DNA of 64,000 nucleotides from Anaerolineales bacterium (GTDB lineage Bacteria > Chloroflexota > Anaerolineae > Anaerolineales > UBA4823). The stretch lies in contig JAOSJQ010000001.1 of the NCBI GenBank assembly GCA_027494035.1, positions 3,182,131 to 3,246,130 of the forward strand. Direction: 5' to 3'. A model generated the notes under the pieces. It was not told the origin of the DNA. It searched no databases and worked only from the letters and a program-made list of their open reading frames with translations. Of this stretch, positions 21,159 through 30,523 are shown one piece after another (position 1 is the stretch's first letter; each line of letters starts with the position of its first letter). Position numbers and translations under genes: made by a program.

Positions 21159-22352
21159 TTATTCGTTGAGCTTCAAATTCCGGATTATGCACTTTTCGTA
21201 GTAAAGCTCATAGGTTTTATTCTTGATGACTACAACATGCTCTTTTCCAAGCGGCAGATAGAAAACATTGTTGCCTTGATCCACCTTGACCTTGGAGCCA
21301 TTTATCGTGATTTCTCCTTTACCCGGCCCGGATTTGAACACCACCAGCACAAAGTTTCCAGCCGGAACGTAAGCGGGGCAAGCGCCCTGCGGAGTTGGCG
21401 TAAATGTGGCTCTTCCGGCAGCGGTTGGAGATGCGTACACGGGCGGCTGCGGGGTTCCGGCGCCTGGCGCGGACGGCGGCGTCGGTGTGACCGGGGAAAG
21501 GTTCAACACCAAAACGTTGCTCGCTAATAACCTCACCCCATCCGATTCGACGGCAAAACCGATCCGACCGCCGGCATACGGTTGGGGGTCTTTATAGCTG
21601 CCAACCAGCGCGCCGTTGAGGAACAGTTGGATATTCCCCTGCAGATAGCTAACGCCGAGTACATTGACAAACGGATAGAATTTGGCGGATGGCGCGGGCG
21701 TCCAATCAATCAATGTCGTCCACTGACCATTTGCTACTTTCTGCAAGCTGATCTCTGCCGCAGATGGGCGAATCGCAAAGTTGTAGAAACCGGATTTTTG
21801 TTGGTTAAGCCCAAAAATCAGCCCCAGAGAAAGCGTGGAAACTCGATCTTCAACCAGTTCGGCTTGCGCATAATAATAGTCCTGGTAAGGTCCACATTTT
21901 TCGCCCTGGCAAAAACCGACTGCCGCTTTTCCTGGATCATCGCTGCGAAGCTGAAGCTGCTCCTCCTGAATAATCACCTCAGAGGTCTGGTTAATACCCT
22001 GCCAATTATTGGAATTGTCCGCAAAAGCCTCACTCAGAGCCGGGCTTCCCTGAGCCAATGCCATTACCTCAGCCGGCGGCATTGGCAGCGAAGTTGGCAG
22101 AGGCGTTTCTGAAGGCGCTAACGTTGGGGCTTCCGTGTCGGTCGGCGCCGGCGTGAAGGTGAAGGTAGGTGGGAGAGTCTCGGAAGGAGTGGGGGTATCG
22201 CTCGCAAGCACGCTCACAGCTACGGATAACAAACGGGTGCGCATCAGAAATAATGCGATCAGCAACGCCAGACACGCAAAGACAAGTACCACGCCCCCAA
22301 TCAGAACCCATCTGGGTATTCGATTTTCAACCGCCTGGTATTCTTCTTCCAT
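21159..22352 (-). CDS. Membrane-anchored protein with Pro/Thr linkers and a beta-sandwich (DUF1080-like) domain
   Basis: N-terminal TM helix, PT-rich linkers, NVLGV...LFLNG..VG...D....GGRIGF. Confidence 0.6.
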   Translation of the reverse strand: MEEEYQAVENRIPRWVLIGGVVLVFACLALLIALFLMRTRLLSVAVSVLASDTPTPSETLPPTFTFTPAPTDTEAPTLAPSETPLPTSLPMPPAEVMALAQGSPALSEAFADNSNNWQGINQTSEVIIQEEQLQLRSDDPGKAAVGFCQGEKCGPYQDYYYAQAELVEDRVSTLSLGLIFGLNQQKSGFYNFAIRPSAAEISLQKVANGQWTTLIDWTPAPSAKFYPFVNVLGVSYLQGNIQLFLNGALVGSYKDPQPYAGGRIGFAVESDGVRLLASNVLVLNLSPVTPTPPSAPGAGTPQPPVYASPTAAGRATFTPTPQGACPAYVPAGNFVLVVFKSGPGKGEITINGSKVKVDQGNNVFYLPLGKEHVVVIKNKTYELYYEKCIIRNLKLNE

Positions 22353-22553
22353 TTCAAGCCTCCTACATAATCGAGGACAAATTTGCTTTTCGATGCTAAG
22401 TATACAATGAAACCCGCGCCATCCGCAAACCTGAGTTTGCTGCCGCAGGAGAGCCTTTTAGCAGAACAAAAAGAGGGGCATAAAAAGCGTTATGTAGTAC
22501 ACATCGATTTCCATCAACCGAAATGCCAGCAGAATAATCGCAAGGCTCTTTGG

Positions 22554-23387
22554 CTATTCGTTGAAAGAAAAAGTTGATTCGGCGTAGAACCTGATTGAGT
22601 TCGCACCCATCCGCTCCATCCACCAGTTTAGCAGCCATTCGCGCTTTTTCTCAATATCCCAATCAGCCATCAAGATTCCGATTGGTATATTGATGTTAAT
22701 CGCCCGGGCTGGAATGATGTGGCGCGTGATGCCGCTTGGCACTTTATAATCATTCTTAGCGGCGTGCAATATATCCGCGGGTTGGAGGCGGGGAAACACT
22801 ACCAGCGCGGCAATTTCCGGATAAAACGGCTTTTGAATTTCCCAAATATCATTTGAGGCTCGAAAGATATCAGCTTTCCCGCGATAACTTCGAACCAGAT
22901 CGTTTAGCAGACGTAAGTCGCGGATTTTTTTGCGTCGAGGGATCAATTTCCGTACCCCTTTTTCGGATATAACATAAGCCAGCGCCGTTTCGAGTTCGAG
23001 CGACTTGCGCGCCTCCTCGAGCGTGCACTCGACCAACTCCATCTTGTAATTTTGAATTAAACCGCTCTCCAATTCTTCAATCGGCATGCCGGACACGACG
23101 TGATACCAGGTATCCAGCATCACGCCGGGGTCTGAGTAACTCACGATCTGACAGACAATGTGCGGAATGTGCGCAGTTTGGAATGAAATCGTTCGATTTG
23201 CGCCGTCCAACACAACAAACCGATCGCTATCGGGGATTTCCGTCACGACTGGCGGGTTTTTCAAGAGACCTTCTTCGAGGACGCGCTTGATCAATCGATC
23301 CGTGCGGCGCGGGTCGATATCCTCGTGGGGAACCAGCGCGTCCACAGGGAGCATAGCTAACTTCGGTAAGGCGCTGCTATTCTGCAT
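22554..23387 (-). CDS. ParB/Srx-fold protein, SerK/SbnI-like
   Basis: LVPHED, LKNPPVV, VVLDGANR, PSGITRHII; no HTH, so not a partitioning ParB. Confidence 0.6.
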   Translation of the reverse strand: MQNSSALPKLAMLPVDALVPHEDIDPRRTDRLIKRVLEEGLLKNPPVVTEIPDSDRFVVLDGANRTISFQTAHIPHIVCQIVSYSDPGVMLDTWYHVVSGMPIEELESGLIQNYKMELVECTLEEARKSLELETALAYVISEKGVRKLIPRRKKIRDLRLLNDLVRSYRGKADIFRASNDIWEIQKPFYPEIAALVVFPRLQPADILHAAKNDYKVPSGITRHIIPARAININIPIGILMADWDIEKKREWLLNWWMERMGANSIRFYAESTFSFNE

Positions 23388-23434
23388 TCAACCTCCTGAG
23401 CAAGAGAATGAGGATTAAGTTTCATCCCATAAGA

Positions 23435-25131
23435 TCATTCGATCGGGTCAATAAGAAAGCCCAATTCTAACAGTTCTTGCGAAATTTTCTTCCAGGCATC
23501 GGAGCGGACTTCAACCGTGGTTGGACCCAGCGGCGCCCCCAGATATCGACTGGCTTTCGACTGTCGAATTGCTTGAAGCATTTCAGGTGTGCGCACTTTC
23601 AATACCATAACGCGCTTTCGAACCGTGCTTCGCGGCCGCGCTGTTCCCAATTTTCAAGCGCTCTGGTCAGGCTAGGCGGAACGTGTTTTGAATATCGGGA
23701 AAACAGACTGAGAAGATGCTGGATCGTAAGCCCCTGTTTGCTCGCTCTCGCCAAAGAATGCGGTGTCAGTTGATACAGATAATGATCGCGTTTGCATCCT
23801 TCCCATTCCGCAAAGCGTGCAAGCTGGTAGCGCGCCGGGCGGGGAAGAAACCGCGACGCCTCGATTCGACCCCCTGAACTCAATTGTAGGTTATCGGCGT
23901 CCTTTGATAATCCCTTCGGCGGTTTCAGGTTCAGCAGGGCTTGAGCCAAAACGGTGAAACGAAACGCGCTGGCTTGCAGAGGCTCAGATGCCCCTGGCGC
24001 GCTGGTAAAGCCCAGATCGAGCAGACCAAGCCAGTGAAGCGGCCCGGTAATGATGAATCGAATCAGTTCGCCATCTACCCGATCCCAATTTTCAATACCG
24101 CGCAGATAGCCGCCAGAGCGGGTATCGACCAAATACCAGGCGTCATAATCACCCGAAGATCGTTGAAAGTCGGGTTGATTTTCACGGATCGCGTTTACAA
24201 ATGAATTGAGACTCCAAAATGTTGGCTTTTCGTTCGCGCCTGGAATGCCGCCAGGGACCCGGGACAAAAAATCCATGATAGTTTGCCTGGCGGATAATGG
24301 ATCGTTGCGCCAGGCGCCTTCCGCTTTCATCCCGGGTATTAGCAGCAGATCATTAAAAAGTGGACTGCTCAGCCAACCTCGAAACAACAGCAGCAATGAT
24401 TCACTGCGATCTTTTTCAAGAAACTGACGAACCGGCTCCAACAGCAGCTGACCATTTTGGTCAAGCAATTCATTTGTGATGAGAAGCTTCTCCAACACGG
24501 TTGTGTTGATTGGATAGCGGCTTTCGGAACCCGAAATCAAATGAGGCTGGATAGACGCTGAAGCCATTCCGATGCGAATCCCCGCCATGTAGGTGCAAGC
24601 GTCGTCGATAATTTTGTCATCAGCAAGAATCACATAATCCTTTTCTGCCTGTGTAGCCGGTCGTCCGGGGAGAGGGTATGCCGCAGATGTATCAGCTTCA
24701 CGCGGCAGTACAAACAAGAAATCGTCTGGAACATAGGCGAACTCCTCCGGCCCTTCTGCCGTGTCAAAAAAGGCTCGCCCAATTAACCCGCGATACCACA
24801 ACGCTTCGGATGCGCTTGCTTGTTTGTTGCTGAATGGGCGGTCGCGGTCCCTGCGCGCTGCGCCCATTTCACGCAGCGGTCCATAGCGGCGCGTAAAAAG
24901 CGCCCAAGGCATTCGCCCGTTATGGTTAATCAGTTCGTCCAGCGCCTGCCGCGCCTCGGCAGGCAATTCTGCGACCACTTTTGTCAACAACTCAGCGTCG
25001 CCAATCATCGCAACCAATCGCGGTACGCCCACCCGGGCATCAGGCGCGGTGAATTCTATCCCCCAATGCTGGGCAATGATTTTTAAATGCCCCAGGTCAA
25101 GACCTTGCAGACTTTGTTCCAGGTCGGGCAT
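23435..25131 (-). CDS. Helicase-associated (XPB/Ssl2 N-terminal-like) domain protein; frameshift near 23617
   Basis: YQLARFAEW..YQLTPHSLARA..GL...VPPSL..ALENW; reading continues in the frame of ORF 23435-23650 (VMVLKVRTPEML...LLELGFL). Confidence 0.7.
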
Positions 25132-25134
25132 AGC

Positions 25135-25902
25135 TCAATAGCGACTCTTTAATTTCGAGACGGGGAGTACAACCTGACCTTCCTCAGGATCTCCAATCAG
25201 CGATACCTGGCTCGGCTGGCTGGCAGCGATCAATCCGGTGTACGCCGCGACCAAAGCATCCAACTCTGCCGGAGAATATAGATCGTCCAATGGCAATATT
25301 CCATTTAACAAGCGGTGGCGCGTGATCTCTTCAAAGAATTTCATCGGATCGGGGATATCCAGATCGCGCACGTAGAGCGAAAGCTGGCGCTGCAAACGAC
25401 CTTCTAAGGAGTGTTTCGGGAAGGGTACTTGCTCGAGCAAAACGCCAAAAGCCGCGTGCGGATATACTTCCAGGCACCATCGTTCTGCTTCGGGTTGCGG
25501 GTAAAGCTCGTAACCCATTGCGCGCAGCCTGCGAAAGATTTCAAACCCCTGGCGCATCCACCTGGCGCAATCTTCTTCCGATTCGGAAATCGGCACAATG
25601 CTAAAATTGTGCTGCCGCAAACAATAATCCGCCACCCGGAATTTTTCCCATCTGCCAGGCGCAGGTGGACGCGACAGATTGGCGCGCACTTCCTGTTTTT
25701 TCATCAGACCCTGGTTGGGCTGGCGCGGACCGCACACAGCCGCCACCGCCTGACGCTGCCCGGCTGCAAAAGCCAGAACGTCATCCATAGTCCCTTTGCT
25801 AAGAGCCAACAGGCGCTTTTCGTGGTCTATAGCGGCATAAACGATCTGTTTGTCATCCGCGTTCGGATCGATGCCGACAAAAGTCATGTTCAGAAAAAAC
25901 AT
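25135..25902 (-). CDS. DUF429 family protein (RNase H-like fold)
   Basis: FVGID, LEVYPHA and LDALVAAYT motifs; GGAGG RBS before ATG 25902. Confidence 0.8.
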   Translation of the reverse strand: MFFLNMTFVGIDPNADDKQIVYAAIDHEKRLLALSKGTMDDVLAFAAGQRQAVAAVCGPRQPNQGLMKKQEVRANLSRPPAPGRWEKFRVADYCLRQHNFSIVPISESEEDCARWMRQGFEIFRRLRAMGYELYPQPEAERWCLEVYPHAAFGVLLEQVPFPKHSLEGRLQRQLSLYVRDLDIPDPMKFFEEITRHRLLNGILPLDDLYSPAELDALVAAYTGLIAASQPSQVSLIGDPEEGQVVLPVSKLKSRY

Positions 25903-26054
25903 GCACGCATCCTCCCGTCCCAAAACAATCGGATTCCGCTGCTCAAGCTTTCGGGTCCGTTTAATGATACCATGAGTAATAATTCGGGGTCGATTCGAGT
26001 CTATGATTCAAACCTATAAGGAAGGAAGTAATGTGAGATACAAGACAGCCTTCT

Positions 26055-26083
26055 TTGACATGGGTAGAAGAAGGCAGTAGAAT
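26055..26083 (+). promoter_or_regulatory. sigma70 promoter of the aldehyde dehydrogenase/CoA-transferase operon
   Basis: TTGACA (26055-26060), 17-bp spacer, TAGAAT (26078-26083). Confidence 0.8.
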
Positions 26084-26198
26084 ACCAATGTCTGGCGTTT
26101 GTTTGAAGGTTCTGCTGAAAAATAATTGGGGTTCGAGTGAGCAATAGCGACTCAAATCGTCTTGTTTCAGTTCTGTTTCAAATGACAAGGAGTGTTAT

Positions 26199-27779
26199 AT
26201 GACCGAAAAATTCAAACTGACGTACGCGACAATGTTCAATCCTCCCGAAGAATTACATATCAAGTTCGACCAGGCAATTGAAAAGACTCGCGCGAGCCTG
26301 GGAAAAGAATACGCCATGATCATCGATGGCAAGGACGTATTCGCTTCCGAGAAGTTCGAAGACCATACCCCAATCAATACGGATGTAGTGCTAGCCGTTA
26401 TGCAAAAAGGAGACGCCTCGCACGCCCAGGCTGCGCTCGCAGCCGCCCGCAAGGCGGCGCCTGTCTGGAGCGGCATGGATTGGAGAGAGCGAGTACGGCT
26501 GGTGAACCGAGCTGCAGACCTCATCGATGAACGTATCTTTGACTTGGGAGCAGTCTTGGCTCTGGAAGTCGGAAAGAACCGAATGGAATCTCTCGGGGAT
26601 GTGGCTGAGACCGCCGACCTGGTCCGCTACTCCTGCTATCAAATGGAGAAGAACGATGGCTATGCAGTAGAAATGGGGCGCGACCCGCTGGTCGGTTATA
26701 GCTCTACCAACTATTCCATCTTGAAACCTTATGGCGTCTGGTTGGTTATCAGCCCATTCAACTTCCCGACTGCGCTCACCGGAGGACCGCTTGGCGCGGC
26801 GCTCGTGACTGGGAATACCGTGGTGATCAAACCCGCCACCGACACCCCCTGGGTTGTGCGCCTGCTGGCGGAATGTTTTCGCGATGCCGGTCTCCCAGAC
26901 GGGGTGGTCAATTTTGTCACCGGTCCAGGCCGCACCCTGGGTCAGGCGTTGATTGAAAGCCCCGAGGTCGATGGGGTTACCTTTACTGGATCGTATGATG
27001 TCGGGATGAAAATCTTCCGCGATTTTGCTGCTGGGCGGTGGGTTCGCCCCGCAATCCTCGAGCTGGGCGGCAAGAACCCGACAATCGTCTCACGCCACGC
27101 GGACCTTGAGCAAGCCGCCACCGGCATCGTGCGTTCGGCGTTTGGACTGCAGGGACAAAAATGCTCGGCATGCTCGCGGGTCTATATCGAAGAGCCAGTT
27201 TACGATCAGCTTACCGATCGCATTGTGGAGCTGACCAATAAGCTCACGATCGGCGACCCCACCGAACGCCCGGTCTTTCTGGGTCCGGTGATCAACAAAA
27301 GTTCTTATGAAGATTACAAGAACTTCACCGAAGAGCTTTCCCAGGCTGGAACAATTCTCACCGGCGGAAAAGTCCTGGTTGACGGCGCTTTCTCCAAAGG
27401 CTATTTTTGCTCTCCAACCGTGGTGGCGGACGTTCCGCTCGATCATCGCTTGTGGAAATACGAAATGTTCCTGCCCATTACCACGGTCGCCAAAATCGGC
27501 AGCCTGGACCAAGGTATGAAAGAAGCCAATGACGTGGCTTATGGACTGACAGCCGGTTTTTATGGCTCTAAAGAGGAAACAAAGTGGTTCTTCAACCACA
27601 TTCAAGCCGGGGTTACTTACGCCAACCGCCCACAGGGCGCTACGACTGGCGCCTGGCCCGGGTTCCAGCCTTTTGGAGGCTGGAAGGGATCGGGGTCTAG
27701 TGGTAAAAACGCCGGCGGGCACTATTATCTACCCCTCTACATGCATGAGCAAATCCAGACTCTGGTGGAGCAGCCTTAA
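26199..27779 (+). CDS. Aldehyde dehydrogenase, P5C dehydrogenase-like
   Basis: ISPFNFP, FTGS, LELGGKNP, FGLQGQKCSACSR, EMFLP, QPFGGWKGSG. Confidence 0.92.
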   Translation: MTEKFKLTYATMFNPPEELHIKFDQAIEKTRASLGKEYAMIIDGKDVFASEKFEDHTPINTDVVLAVMQKGDASHAQAALAAARKAAPVWSGMDWRERVRLVNRAADLIDERIFDLGAVLALEVGKNRMESLGDVAETADLVRYSCYQMEKNDGYAVEMGRDPLVGYSSTNYSILKPYGVWLVISPFNFPTALTGGPLGAALVTGNTVVIKPATDTPWVVRLLAECFRDAGLPDGVVNFVTGPGRTLGQALIESPEVDGVTFTGSYDVGMKIFRDFAAGRWVRPAILELGGKNPTIVSRHADLEQAATGIVRSAFGLQGQKCSACSRVYIEEPVYDQLTDRIVELTNKLTIGDPTERPVFLGPVINKSSYEDYKNFTEELSQAGTILTGGKVLVDGAFSKGYFCSPTVVADVPLDHRLWKYEMFLPITTVAKIGSLDQGMKEANDVAYGLTAGFYGSKEETKWFFNHIQAGVTYANRPQGATTGAWPGFQPFGGWKGSGSSGKNAGGHYYLPLYMHEQIQTLVEQP

Positions 27780-27914
27780 ATCCACCAATCAGGTATGGCT
27801 TATTTAACGTGAATCTGGGATGATCGCTGCCCAGATCTGTCGCTAGAAACTGCCGGGATGATCACTGCTCAATTTGTGAATCGTCCCGGCAATCCTTATC
27901 TAGGAAAAAGATCA

Positions 27915-28817
27915 ATGAACAAAATCTTTTCACTCACTGAAGCCGTCCAGAACTTGATCCAAGACGGCGACCTCATCTATGCCGCCGGGTTCACCCATCT
28001 GATCCCCTTCGCAGCGGGGCATGAGATCATCCGTCAAGGGCGGAAAAACCTGACCCTGGCGCGCGCCACGCCGGACCTCATTTATGATCAGATGGTGGCT
28101 GCAGGGTGCGCAAAGAAAGTAGTCTTCTCTTATATGGGCAACCCGGGGGTTGGGTCTCTGCGGATCGTTCGGGCAGAGCTGGAAGCAGGGCGGCTCGAAT
28201 GGGAAGAGTATTCGCATTTCGGCATGATTTCGCGCCTGCAGGCTGGCGCGGCTGGACTGCCATTCATGCCGATGAATCCAACCGCGGCGGTTGACCTTGA
28301 GTTGGCTAACCCAAATTACCGCACCGTCCAGGATCCCTATTCAGGCGGCGGCGTTGTGGTCGTGCCGGCGCTCAAACCGGATGCCGCGATCGTTCACGTC
28401 CAGCGCTGTGACGCTCAGGGTAACGCCCAAATATGGGGGATCATCGGCGAACAGAAGGAAGCTGCTTTTGCCGCCGAGCGCGTTATCTTGACGACCGAAG
28501 AGGTTGTACCCGAAGAGATCATCCGCGCAGACCCAAATCGAACGCTGATTCCAGGTTTCATCGTCGACGCGGTGTGCGTTGTCCCGCATTGCAGCCACCC
28601 TTCATACACCCAGGGTTACTATGATCGGGACAATGCCTTTTACCTTGAATGGGACAAAATCAGCCAGGACCGCCAGGCGGTTAATGCCTGGTTGGATGAA
28701 TGGGTGTATGGCGTGTCCGACCGGGATGAGTATTGGGAGAAACTCGGCTCGGAGGTTCACGACCGGCTCCAGGTCGACCCGCGCCTCAGCACGCCGATCA
28801 ACTATGGAAGTTATTAG
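27915..28817 (+). CDS. CoA-transferase subunit A (glutaconate/3-oxoadipate CoA-transferase type)
   Basis: GFTHLIPFAAGHEIIRQG, SYMGNPGVG, RLQAGAAGLPF, HVQRCD..GN, GYYDRD. Confidence 0.9.
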   Translation: MNKIFSLTEAVQNLIQDGDLIYAAGFTHLIPFAAGHEIIRQGRKNLTLARATPDLIYDQMVAAGCAKKVVFSYMGNPGVGSLRIVRAELEAGRLEWEEYSHFGMISRLQAGAAGLPFMPMNPTAAVDLELANPNYRTVQDPYSGGGVVVVPALKPDAAIVHVQRCDAQGNAQIWGIIGEQKEAAFAAERVILTTEEVVPEEIIRADPNRTLIPGFIVDAVCVVPHCSHPSYTQGYYDRDNAFYLEWDKISQDRQAVNAWLDEWVYGVSDRDEYWEKLGSEVHDRLQVDPRLSTPINYGSY

Positions 28818-28837
28818 CGAGCGCGCCCCGGTTTAGT

Positions 28838-29725
28838 ATGAAGCCCAATTTTCCCTACGAGGATTTTGGCGGAACCGGTCCGTTGCTTCATTTTACGCAT
28901 GCAAATGGATATCCGCCCAAAGCCTACCAGCGTCTGCTAAGTGGTTTGAGCGAGCATTACCACGTTCTTGCCATGCACATGCGCCCGCTCTGGCTGGATT
29001 CCAGTCCCGAGGACCTGCACGACTGGCGTGTGCTGGCGCAGGATTTGGATGATTTTCTCACCCAGCATGGATCAACGCAATGGATCGGAATTGGTCACTC
29101 GGTGGGCGCAAATGCCACGCTGCGCCTGGCGCTCAGCCAACCGGAGCGCTTCTCGGCTTTAGTCTTGCTTGACCCGGTCATCTTCCCACCATACATGACC
29201 TATCTGTGGGAAGTGGTTTACCGGCTCGGTCTCGCATACCGCCTCCATCCCTTAGTCCGGAGCGCGCTCAAACGCCGCAACCGGTTTACCAGCCGGGCTG
29301 AGATGTACGAGAACTATCGTTCGAAGCCGGTTTTCAGTCGAATTAGCGACGAAGATCTGCAGTACTACGTCGAGGCGTTAGCTTGCCCCGACATAGATGG
29401 ATCGGTCACGCTTTGTTACCCGTCTCGCTGGGAAGCGCGCATCTATGTGACCGGCATTCGAGCCGACCTGGAAATCTGGCAAAGGCTGCCTGAGCTGGTT
29501 CCGCCAGCGCTTGTCATTCGAGGCGGCTTGTCGGATACATTTCTACCAGTCACAGCCAAGATGTTAGCCAAGAAACAGCCCAAAATATCGATCCTTTCGT
29601 TTTCCGATGCGACCCACTTGGTTCCACTCGAAAAACCACTCGAGGTAACCCGATCCATTCTTGATTTTCTCGGGATTCAAGAGAATCGAAAAATTCAACC
29701 CCATTCGCAACCAGATGGAGTGTAA
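28838..29725 (+). CDS. Alpha/beta fold hydrolase
   Basis: HANG, nucleophile elbow GHSVG, LLDP, catalytic His in THLVPLE. Confidence 0.88.
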   Translation: MKPNFPYEDFGGTGPLLHFTHANGYPPKAYQRLLSGLSEHYHVLAMHMRPLWLDSSPEDLHDWRVLAQDLDDFLTQHGSTQWIGIGHSVGANATLRLALSQPERFSALVLLDPVIFPPYMTYLWEVVYRLGLAYRLHPLVRSALKRRNRFTSRAEMYENYRSKPVFSRISDEDLQYYVEALACPDIDGSVTLCYPSRWEARIYVTGIRADLEIWQRLPELVPPALVIRGGLSDTFLPVTAKMLAKKQPKISILSFSDATHLVPLEKPLEVTRSILDFLGIQENRKIQPHSQPDGV

Positions 29726-29731
29726 AAACAG

Positions 29732-30511
29732 ATGGACTCAAATGATTATTCTTCTTCAGAATTGATGATTATCAACGCCTCCCGCCTGCTGCGAGACGGC
29801 GATGTCGTTTTTGTGGGCGTTGGACAGCCCAACTTAGCCTGCAACCTGGCGCGGCGCACCCACGCGCCGAATTTGCTCATGATCTATGAAGCCGGTGTAA
29901 TTGGAGCGCAGCCTGCCCGGCTGCCGCTCTCCATTGGAGACCCTACCCTCGTGAGCGGCGCCACGGCAGTATGTTCGATGTACGATATTTTCAGTCTTTA
30001 CCTGCAACGTGGAAACGTGGATGTGGGTTTTATGGGCGGCGCGCAGATTGACCAGTATGGGAACATCAATGCAACTGTAATTGGTGACTATGCAAAGCCG
30101 AAGGTGCGCCTCCCCGGCTCCGGCGGATCCAAAGAGATCGCTGCCTGGGCAAATCGCTGCTATATCATGACGCCTCATCAAAAACGGCGTTTCCCCGAAA
30201 AATGCGATTTCCAAACCTCGGCGGGTTTCTTGGGCGGTCGTTCCGAGCGCGACGAGGCGCGGCTGCGCGGCGGCGGTCCTCAAGCTGTGGTCACCGATAT
30301 TGGCATCCTTCAACCGGATGATACCGGCGAGTTAATCCTGACCGCGCTGCACCCCGGTCATACCGTCGAGGAAGCCAGACTGAACACCGGCTGGAACCTA
30401 CAAGTATCCCCCGACCTGCGTTACACCGAGCCGCCAACCCAAGATGAATTAACCATTCTTAGAGAAGAATTGGATCCCCAGGGGATTTACATCAAAGGTT
30501 CGGGGGGTTGA
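29732..30511 (+). CDS. CoA-transferase subunit B
   Basis: FVGVGQP, MIYEAG (catalytic Glu), GGAQIDQYGNIN, RLPGSGG. Confidence 0.9.
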   Translation: MDSNDYSSSELMIINASRLLRDGDVVFVGVGQPNLACNLARRTHAPNLLMIYEAGVIGAQPARLPLSIGDPTLVSGATAVCSMYDIFSLYLQRGNVDVGFMGGAQIDQYGNINATVIGDYAKPKVRLPGSGGSKEIAAWANRCYIMTPHQKRRFPEKCDFQTSAGFLGGRSERDEARLRGGGPQAVVTDIGILQPDDTGELILTALHPGHTVEEARLNTGWNLQVSPDLRYTEPPTQDELTILREELDPQGIYIKGSGG

Positions 30512-30523
30512 TTGCCACCCGGT

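Noticed and set aside
22554-23387. Chromosome-partitioning ParB
   Set aside because: No HTH or dimerization domain and no adjacent parA
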